Shown here in pieces: positions 54,138-64,000 of a stretch of 64,000 nucleotides of DNA; the stretch's first letter is position 1; every line of letters begins with the position of its first letter. The notes under the pieces were generated by a model. That model searched no databases and was not told where the DNA came from. It saw nothing but the letters and a program-made list of their open reading frames with translations. The stretch comes from Lytechinus pictus (lineage: Eukaryota), in contig NC_087245.1 of the NCBI RefSeq assembly GCF_037042905.1, positions 23,624,001-23,688,000 on the forward strand, read 5' to 3'. The position numbers were made by a program, and so were the translations under genes.

Positions 54138-55315
54138 CAGTGGCGTAACTACGGGGGGGGGGGGGCATGGGGGGGCACGTGTCCCCCCCAATCGGCTGAC
54201 AAAAAAAAAAAAAAAAAAGGGGAAAAGGAGAAAAAGAGGGAGAAAGGAAGAGAAACGTAGTGGGAAAGAAGACATTATCAATCGTAATGTAATATTATAT
54301 CATAATTATGTTATGTTGTATTACATAAGAAACATTTTTTTCATAACTTTATGAAACATAATTTGCTCAGGGCCTATGTATTCATTGCTCCTGGTGCTCG
54401 CATTGTCTGTCAGTTTAACGAGATATATAATCCTGTTATACTAAAACCTCCCGTTTTCAAGTCAATATACACCAAACTGCCAAATATATTTCCTCGCATT
54501 TCGAGTTATTATTGTTTTATGTACAAGAGTATGCTTCTTTTTCATGACTACTTAAGGTGATTGGCCCATTTTAAGGTCTTAATATGAAACATTTCCTGCC
54601 CGTGCTTACGTTCGCAGTAGTCGATTGGTGAAATATGTCTGCTCTCCATGAATTCATATCCTTAAAATGTTCCTTTTTCTGATCTGAATATCAAAAATTT
54701 TCAGCTCGCACTTCGCGCTCACATCATTTGGTTAGTGAACTACGTATGGTCTTCGTGAATTCTTACAAACAAGCCTTAAAATGCCCCTCTTCAGGTCTGA
54801 ATTTCCTAAATTTTCAGCTCGCGCTTCGCGCTCGCAAGATTTGATTAGTGAGATATGAGGTATGTTAATCATGATTACAAGTGCTTTATGTGCATGTTTA
54901 GATGTAATTCTAACAAAATGAGCAAGTGCTTATTGGCACTCGCATTACATGACTATGGGAGATGTGTATACTCTTAATGGATTCCTAAAATAAAGTCCTT
55001 AAAATCTTCCTGTTTGGGGGTCAATATCTATAAAAAATTCAGCTCGCGCTTCGCGCTCGCATTATTTAGCGAGACAGGTACGTACCATGATTACAAAAGA
55101 CTGATTATAATGTCCCTTTCAGGTCTGAATATAAAAAAAATTTAAGCTCGCGCTTCGCGCTCGCATTATTTGACCAGTGAGATACATATCCATTTAATAG
55201 CACTGTCCTTAAAATGTCTCTATTAGGTCAATATATACCTGGCTCACTAAGTGACTCAAAATTTTTGCTGGTGCCCCCCCCCCCCCCCAATGCCGTGACC
55301 CACGGTAAGCCACTG
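54138..55315. mobile_element. Non-autonomous element with CAGTGGC TIRs and the GCTCGCGCTTCGCGCTCGCA motif
   Basis: cagtggcgta ... taagccactg; direct repeat tagtaaatg at 54129-54137 and 55316-55324. Confidence 0.88.
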
Positions 55316-55318
55316 TAG

Positions 55319-55938
55319 TAAATGTCAAGTCTACTTCAGAATAATGTTGATTTCAATCAATAAAGAAAAATCAGACAAGCATAATGCCGAAAATTCCATC
55401 AAAATCGGATGTAAAGAAGAAAATTATGACACATTAAAAGTTTCGCTTATTTTTCACAAAATAGTTAAATGCACAATTTAGTCACAATCATGCAAATGAG
55501 AGAATCGATGATGTCCCTCACTCACCTTTTCTTTTGTTTTTTTATTGTTTGAATAATGCAATATTTCTTTTTTTTACAGATTTGACAATAAGGACTAACT
55601 TGACTGAACCATTAAATGTTAAACAATGGTAATTCCACAAGTTCATGGAAAAAATAAACTTTTTTTCACAGGAAAATGAGGAGAAAATTAGAATATTTCA
55701 TATTTCATATAATAAAATACAAAATAAATAGTGAGTGAGTGATGTTATCAGTTCCCTCATTTGCATACCGACCGGGATGTGCATACAACTGTTTTGTGAA
55801 ATTACTGTAAGCGAAACTTAAAAATGTCATAATTTTCTTATTTTACATCCAATTTTAATGAAATTTTCAGTGCTATGTTTTGGGGGATTTTTCTCTTTTT
55901 ATTCAAATCAATTTTTTGGGGGGTGGACTTGTCCTTTA
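55319..55938. mobile_element. TTAA-type palindromic MITE (Kolobok-like)
   Basis: Ends gggtggacttgtcctttaa; internal inverted arms; same family as 33598-34187. Confidence 0.75.
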
Positions 55939-56169
55939 AAAATAAAACTCTTCCGCCGTTGTTCCTACCTATAGGCCTACCATTGTTTTTTAAACGAAAT
56001 AAGTTCTAAGCCCTAGTGATAAATCCATTGGTATCTCATAAATTAATAATATTCGAGCCCCTCTAATTATTATTTTTTATTTGATATATAGCACCAACAC
56101 CCCCCCCCCAAAAAAAAAGATACATGAAAATGAAAAAGAGTTTTGTCAATCCGTACACTCGTAGCAGTA

Positions 56170-58330
56170 CATAGGCGGATCCAGGGGGGGGGGCCGAGGG
56201 GCCCGGGGCCCCTAGGCCTATTGGCGGAGCAAAAAAAGAAAAAAAGGGGGAAAGAAAGAAAGAAAAAAAAAGAAGGAAAAAGAGAGGAGAAAAAAAGAAG
56301 AGGAAACATGAGGAGGAAGACGAGTGAATAAAATAACATGAGGGGAAAACTTGGAAAATAATTTTTTTATATGTCACTATACAGTATAAAATTTTCGCTC
56401 CCGCTTCGCGCTCGCATTGCCTTTTTCGGTGATTTATATATCTTGCTCAATAAGGAGCTATCAAATTTTATAGTCAACATATAAAAGATATTTCAGCTCG
56501 GAAATCGAAATTTCATTATTTTGTTTGATTTATAAATAGATCTTTAAAAAGTGCTCAGCAAAATTTATGTTTTATCTTCTGAATATTAATATTTTCTGCT
56601 CGCGCTGCATGCTCGCAAAATTTGATTTGTCAGGTACCTATTATTTTCCTGTATCATTCCATAAAGTTCTAAAATATCAATATTCAGGTCAAAATGTCAA
56701 AACGTAATAACTAGCGCCGCACGCTCGCATTTTGATTGGTGATTTGATATGTATATCTCAATATTAATTCTAAAACAAACTACTTAAAATCCAGATTTCA
56801 TGACAGTTTATCAAAAATTTCGGCTCGCGATTTGCGCTTGCATTGATTGTTGATAATATATTAACTTATGCATCTTATTCATAATTACAAAAGTGCTTTA
56901 AATGTCCGGTTTTCAGGCCATAATAAATAAACAGATTTCTCGCTCTCACTAGGCTTACTAGATTAATAAATCAGATATTAATTTAATAATCAAATCAACC
57001 CTTTCTCAGAATGGAATATCGACAAGTCCATCTCCCGCTTAGGAAGAGAAATAGGAAGATAGCCATAATTTTCATATGGTGTCATAATATTCTTAGAATG
57101 TCCCTGTCATATGTCAAAACTCATAATAATTAAACATATCAGATCTTTTTTAAACTGTGACTCATATCCACCTCCCAATTTTCCTACAAAGTGCTTGAAA
57201 TACAGAGCTTAAATTTACCCTTTTTTCAGATCGGAATATCACATATCTTAAGCTCGCGCTTCGCGCTCGCTTTATTGATTTTCATGATGAAAAAGGTATT
57301 TAGAATGAACAGATTCTAGGTCGAAATCTGAAACACGCGCACGCATGTTTATTCAGATACGCAGCTTGTTCTCTATTTCAATCATTATGAGCCTGTATAT
57401 ATCCAGTTTTAGATCAGAATATCAAAGATTTTCTGCTCACGCTTTGCGCTCATTATACCCAAATTTTCTAATGATTTACAAAACATGAAGAGAGTGTCCC
57501 GTTTTTAGGTTTGAAATCTCAATTTTTTTCTGCTCGCGCTTTGCGCTCGCATAAAAGGTTATATACTTATACCGTTCATGATTACAAAAAGTGCATAGAA
57601 CGTTAATTTTTTAGGCTGGAACGTCAAAAAATTTTCAGCTCGCACTTCGCGCTCGCATTATTTAATCATTGAAATATGTATCGTCTTAATGGCTAACTGC
57701 AAAACATCCTTAACAGGTTCCTTTTCTACAAGGCCTGAACGCATTATAAAAATTTCTGCTCGCGCTTCGCACTCGCAGTAATTATCTAGTTACATACGCA
57801 TCTTGTTCAGGTTCACAAACATTGCCCAGAATATTCAATTTTCAGGACAAATACATGAAATTTCAGAATTGTTTAGCTCGCACTTCGCGCCCACACTATT
57901 TTAATAGGGCTTATGAAATTAATACACATGTATGTTGTTTATAAGAATAAGCTAAGAAATTACTGTTAGGACATGGGCGTTTTGCCCCCCCCCCCCCCTC
58001 CAAAAAAAAATCACGATCAAGAAAAAAAAGAGAAAAGGAGAGGGATAAGGGTGAAATATAATATTATTTTCCAAATATTATGTCAAAATCTATCACGAAC
58101 TTGGATTTTTGTCATAAAAATGTCAAAACTTTTGCTCGCTCGTAAAATTATTCTTAATTTTACGCGATACGCCATATCGAGCCCCCTTAATTTGTTTTTG
58201 GCTCATTATGCCACTGGGACAACCCCTTCAAAGAAACAAACAGAAATCAACTTTGAGCAGCCGATCGGGGAAAATATGGGTGAAAAAAAATCCCCCCCCC
58301 CCCTATTGGCGGAGGCTGGATCCGCCCCTG
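56170..58330. mobile_element. 2.2-kb paralog of the 50316-53059 element
   Basis: cataggcggatccag ... ctggatccgcccctg; same internal order of blocks. Confidence 0.85.
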
Positions 58331-58582
58331 TGCTATTCTGAAGGTTCGTTAATCAGATAAAGACCGGTTACACCGGAACCGTTATCAGCTGCAAATCCAT
58401 CCGAAGACACGTATTCGGGTGGCTTCGGGAGTATTTAGTTCTCCCTCCGCGAATGCGAGAAAATTCAGGAAGGATTCGGGAATATTCGAATCCACCGAAA
58501 CCATCCTAATTAGGCAGAATTCAGTAGAATCGGAGAATTTGGTTTTGGTATAACCCTGGCTTAAGAAAATATGGTCCATATG

Positions 58583-58930
58583 CAGGGTTCCCACAGTCAT
58601 GGAAAATCCTGGAAAAATTTGTGGTTATGGAAAGTCAGGGATTTTGGAAAGTTTGTGAAAAATCATGGAAAAGTCATGGAGATGCATTTTCCTCTTGGTC
58701 ATGGCAGCTTTCCAGTTTGTCGTGTCTCGCAACCCTCATACTCTGTGATCACTTTTACTCTGCTATTATAATTGGTGTTCATGATTTCCATTTTCCCAAT
58801 TTTATGACATCCCAAATTCTACATAACCCCCGGGACGTCACGGGAAGTCCGGACGGGAAGTCATGGAAAGCAGCAATTTAGTCATGGAAAAGTCATGAAA
58901 TTCTGTTTTTAAATATCTGTAGGAACCCTG
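58583..58930. mobile_element. MITE with CAGGGTT termini (hAT-like), internal GTCATGGAAA repeats
   Basis: cagggttcccacag / ctgtaggaaccctg. Confidence 0.75.
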
Positions 58931-60159
58931 ATAGGGACCCTATTTTGATTCCAAATGTTCGATAGTCCGAAAATCAGGAACTATCGTCGTGCCAGAAACC
59001 TAACTTCATTTTTGGAATATTGCACTTTAGGAATAATGAATAGTATTTCGTTTCCAAATTTAACCAATCGTTGGAAAAAGTTTAATAACATAGGCCTATA
59101 TTGGGATTGACGTAACCTTCAGACGACTGAAACTCTTGAATGTTCGGTGTATTCGAACCGTGAACCGTCGAAGTATTGTAGACCTCGCATTGATATCAAC
59201 GTTATTCAAATTTTATTTTAAAAAATTAATAATAATCAATGTCAGATTGCCTTTACTACATTTCTTTTTTCTAGAAATTCAATTTTATAATACGTGACCT
59301 ACAGTGTGCCAAAAATATACTCACAGATAAAAAAAATAGAATGCGACTTCTGAATTGATTAAAGAAAGAGAGAAAAATTATCTGTTTGTACACTGCCTCT
59401 ATTTTCTCATTTATGCTGATGTAATGTTTATTGGGTTTGTTATATTTTTGTAGGAAATAAATATAAATACCTCTGCATTTGTAACAAAAATTAAGCGTAT
59501 ACAAATTGTAGAGTGCTGAAATTACGATACATGTTTATGTTTTTTGTTTCTCTCTCTCTCTGTCTCTCTCATACCAGCATTTTTATGATCATATTTTGCT
59601 AAAGCATGAAAAACATCAAATGCAACATTAATGACCAACGGTTTAGCCAAAATGAACACATGATTAGTTTATTCATGCATAGAATTTGAATACATTAGTT
59701 AATAGCTAATTTATGCATCAACGTTGGATATGTTGTATTATGAAACAATAGTAACCATCTCCGCCTGCATCACCTGGCATTCTGTAAATAAACATTCAAC
59801 GACTGTTGAACCTATGTTTTGCTTGGTGCGATTAGGGGAAGGGGGTGAGAAGGAAGAAAGGGTTTCATAATCCCATCCAATCTGGTCAGAAATATGGGAT
59901 ACAAATTGGTGTGAGAGAGCCGTTCTTTGTCGACGTCTCATACTAGTGTAGCGATTGTGTTTGATTTTTCCCTCTTTCTCATCGTCTCGATATATCTACC
60001 ACTTGATCTTTCCTTAATCTATATCTATCTATTTATTTATCCTTTTTCTTCATCGCTATCTCTATTTGTTTTGTCTTTCTCCCCCACTTGCCCCTTTCCC
60101 TCTCCCGCTCTCCCCTTTCTTCCACACACACACTTTTTTTTAACAAGTGCACACCTAGT

Positions 60160-60318
60160 TACCAATAATGCATATAGCATTTCCATTTATTTGAAAGCAG
60201 GATAAAAGAGCATTGTAGATTAAATGCCTTGCTCACGGGCATAGGTGCCGCGGCCGGGGATCGAACCCTGGACTTTCCATGTATAGCCAGGCGCCTTAGA
60301 CCACTCGGCCACGGCACC
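60160..60318 (-). mobile_element. tRNA-derived SINE (partial)
   Basis: GGTGCCGTGGCCGAGTGGTCTAAGGCG...GGGTTCGATCCCCGG...CGGCACC, then gagcaaggcatttaat. Confidence 0.8.
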
Positions 60319-61490
60319 TCACGCAATCTCTCTGTCACACACACACCCTCACTCGCTCTCGTCTTTCTTCTACGCATTAGCACACTCTCTCTCTCTTTCT
60401 CGCACACACATACACACACCCTCACACCCTCTCACCCTCCCATTTCCCTTTCTTCATCTCTCTCAAACGCACTCTCGCGCGTACACACACGTGCCCTAGT
60501 TATATACATCAATGCAAACCATGGATGGTCTGTTTTTTATGGTATGAACAAAGTCTTACTATTCTTAATTCTTAAAACAATATCAGAATCACAGCCCAAA
60601 ATTAATTATGTTATCGGTATCGACATCTTAATTATGGAAATTCGATTTTGTCTTATCATGACAATATGCCTGTTATGTAATAATTTAACAATTCCGCCTC
60701 TAACCAACAGGAAATGAGCACACAGTTAGAATAACCTCATTTGGTCTAATTAATTCACTTTTAAAGTGAATTAATTAGACCAAATAAATAAATTATTGAA
60801 AATATAATATTATTGCATAATTGGAATGATTAATGAATTGCAACTTGGTCTAACATCTCATTATCTATACCGTATTACCCCTTCGCAATTCTCCTCTTCT
60901 TCGACCTACATTTCATTCAATTACCTTTTGATATATTTTCACCTTATTTGTCACTGAGCACAGCTAGCATTTTCGTATAGCCAACACTGACAAAAGAGTT
61001 TGTATGAGCTTCTATGTGATGGTGAATAATATAACGTCCGACTGCATATTATATTAAAAAAAGATTGAAGAGAGTACACAGACAATTCAAATTTATATTG
61101 TACATCAACCAACGCGAAACCAAAATGTGACTTATTTTTTTTATTAAAATATAAAGCTAGCCAATAATTATGACTGATATAACTGCAAACGGACAGTGTG
61201 TGAAATAACAGTTATAAATAAAATCGTTATCCTACAAACAGTGCGTCCCTCAAAAAAGGAAACCCGGTCTCAGAGACAGATTTCACAATTATTATATATG
61301 CTTTTAATATAAATTTTGCATGGGAAGGAGATTGGATTCTCATCTCTAATTTGAGACCAACAGCTTGGCAAAGCGTTTACGCATGACAGATAATAAACAA
61401 TAGATATTGAGACATATCAGAAATGATTTGCGCAGAAACTCACGTGTGAATCTGAATCAACTCTCATTTCAAGGATCAGTTAGAGAATCT

Positions 61491-61655
61491 TATACCTTGG
61501 TCACATTTGCTCTACGGCGGCCGTACGGCGAGTCGAAAACAGCCGTTTTATTAATTTTAATTCAAACCACCTATATGTAGTTGGTACAAAAATGTTAAAA
61601 CGGCTGTTTTCGACTCGACGTACGGCCGCCGTAGAACAAATGTGACCAAGGTATA
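61491..61655. mobile_element. 165-bp palindromic MITE; a second, interrupted copy starts at 61656 and resumes at 62816
   Basis: tataccttggtcacatttgctctacggcggccgtacg ... cgtacggccgccgtagaacaaatgtgaccaaggtata. Confidence 0.88.
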
Positions 61656-61689
61656 ATACCTTGGTCAAATTTGCTCTACGGCGGCCGTA

Positions 61690-62815
61690 TATGGCGCGCC
61701 GTTTGACCAATAATTCAGATAAACACTGTTTATCGCCGATAAACAGTGTTTACCAAGCGATAAACACTGTTTATCGAGAGAAACTATGTTTATCGACTGA
61801 AAAACACAGTTTCTCTCGATAAACAGTGTTTATCGCCGAAAAACACTGTTTATCGGCGATAAACACTGTTTATCAAGCGATAAACACTGTTTATCGAGAG
61901 AAACTATGTTTATCGACTGAAAAACACAGTTTCTCTCGATAAACAGTGTTTATCACTTGATAAACATTGTTTATCGCCGAAAAACAGTGTTTATCGGCGA
62001 TAAACAGTGTTTATCGGCGATAAACAGTGTTTTTCGGCGATAAACACTGTTTATCGAGAGAAACTGTGTTTTTCAGTCGATAAACATAGTTTCTCTCGAT
62101 AAACAGTGTTTATCGCTTGATAAACAGTGTTTATCGCTCGATAAACAGTGTTTTTCGGCGATAAACACTGTTTATCGGCGATAAACAGTGTTTATCTGAA
62201 TTATTGGTCAAACGGCGCGCCATAAGTGCGCGCCATTTGCCCAATAAATCAGATAAACAGTGTTTATCGCCGAAAAACAGTGTTTATCGCCGAAAAACAG
62301 TGTTTATCGCCGAAAAACAGTGTTTATCGCCGATAAACACTGTTTATCAAGAGAAACTGTGTTTATCAGTCGAAAAACATAGTTTCTCTCGATAAACAGT
62401 GTTTATCGCCGAAAAACACTGTTTATCGCCGATAAACACTGTTTTTCGGCGATAAACAATGTTTATCAAGTGATAAACACTGTTTATCGAGAGAAACTAT
62501 GTTTATCGACTGAAAAACACAGTTTCTCTCGATAAACAGTGTTTATCGCTTGATAAACATTGTTTATCGCCGAAAAACAGTGTTTATCGGCGATAAACAG
62601 TGTTTATCGAGAGAAACTATGTTTTTCGACTGATAAACACAGTTTCTCTCGATAAACAGTGTTTATCGGCGATAAACAGTGTTTTTCGGCGATAAACACT
62701 GTTTATCGAGAGAAACTGTGTTTTTCAGTCGATAAACATAGTTTCTCTCGATAAACAGTGTTTATCGCTTGATAAACAGTGTTTATCTGAATTATTGGTC
62801 AAACGGCGCGCCATA
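61690..62815. mobile_element. Tandem pair of TATGG...CCATA elements filled with about 20-bp palindromic repeats; 6-bp TSD (IS3EU-like)
   Basis: TIR tatggcgcgccgtttgaccaataattcagataaaca at 61690, with right ends at 62224 and 62815. TSD gccgta at 61684-61689 and 62816-62821. Confidence 0.85.
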
Positions 62816-64000
62816 GCCGTACGTCGAGTCGAAAACAAAGAATACACAAGAAATTATAATGAGCCAATCATCGAATAAGCACGATTGTCCTATCACGAAC
62901 CAATCTTGTCCAATTTTTTGTGCAACCTGGTTTTGACATTGAGAATTCAAACTCATCTTGCTCATTAATGAGTGAAGTGTTTGTCTCATATTAGGTATCA
63001 AAATAAAGAGGAGTAATTGAATTATATGATTATGCAAATAAAATATCACAATTTACTTGCCTTTGAAGAATAAAGACATGGGAATCCCGGTTTCCTTTTT
63101 CCTGGGACGCACTGTGTAAGGGGGCGTCGAAAAGACAGAGCATATACACAGTTGCTGTGCCTGCCCCATACGAATTTATGAAGTTGTAGTCGTCTTCTCT
63201 AGCGAAGGACGAACAATATCGTCATCATCATCATCATAATGGAGGTGTAAGAATTGCTCACATTTTGATATATAATCATAACACCTCTTTAAACAAGTCA
63301 GTAACAAGATTTTCACACCCCCAAATATATTTAAAAGTAATAAGCCTTCATGTTCTGTCTTCATTTTTTTTATGCTAAAGCACCCCCCATAAAAAAAACA
63401 TCCTCCAACATGCCCAAGGCGAGTTTAAACAACCTGCCAATGCATAACCATTGTACCGAAAAAAATGTAGAGAACCTTTGAAAGGAATGTTTACTTTTTA
63501 TCATACATAATTATATAATACAAATTGAAGAATATCACAATCACTTTACAACTAAAAAATCACCAAATATTTACAGTGCCCTGCATTAATATCATATTAA
63601 CATGAAAAAGGAAAATTCGAATCACCCCTCACATTACAGGGTTATGCAAAGCTAAAAATAACAATCGGTCATAGTGAAATACAGTATATCATTCAATCTG
63701 ATTCATTTTTTCATTTGATTCATTTCTGCGACTTTTTCATTAAAAATAACCAAAAAATAATAATAATAAATACAATCAACAGAGTAGGCCTGAGTCACAT
63801 ATTTGATTCTTATCAAAGAGATGGTTTTAAAAAGGTGTTTCTAATTACAAGCAAAACAAGAAACAAAGTTGTATTTTCTATAACATATCGATTAAAAAGG
63901 ATGCAGGAGTTGCCATTATAAGCTAAGCTTAACTGCGTGACGACCCAATATTAGAAATTATAAAATCCATTGTGTCAATAGCTGATGCAGAAAAAAAATT

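Larger units (their letters stand above)
61239..63114. mobile_element. Outer Tc1/mariner-like non-autonomous element hosting nested insertions
   Basis: cagtgcgtccctcaaaaaaggaaacc / ggtttcctttttcctgggacgcactg. Confidence 0.75.

Noticed and set aside
61690..62815. CRISPR-like array of short palindromic repeats
   Set aside because: No unique spacers, units occur in both orientations, it is bounded by TIRs and a TSD, the context is eukaryotic and there are no cas genes.

Overview
AT-rich eukaryotic (metazoan) genomic DNA, not prokaryotic. The repeat families look echinoid (sea-urchin-like); this is an inference I cannot confirm. I reconstructed one spliced minus-strand gene by hand. It has five coding exons (43911-43668, 42728-42706, 32437-32282, 23165-23095, 21805-21631), all with GT-AG boundaries and compatible phases, giving 222 aa. 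The product is a type II membrane protein with a Ser/Thr-rich stalk and a C-terminal SEA-like domain but no protease domain. It probably has a long 3' UTR and a CpG-rich, possibly bidirectional, promoter near 48.4-49.0 kb. The rest is dominated by mobile DNA: a young CR1/L2-group LINE whose ORF2 has only two nonsense codons, tRNA-derived SINEs, a pogo transposase remnant, and many MITEs or foldback elements (8-9 bp TSD hAT-like, TTAA Kolobok-like, TATGG-ended IS3EU-like), several of them nested. The most unusual items are a short retroposon with a 7SL/Alu-like head and a Deu/Nin-like core (49395-49569), a complete tRNA-like cloverleaf in an inverted duplication (10676-10981), and a 1.1-kb array of palindromic forkhead-type motifs inside an IS3EU-like element (61690-62815). 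Most short ORFs in the supplied track are spurious.
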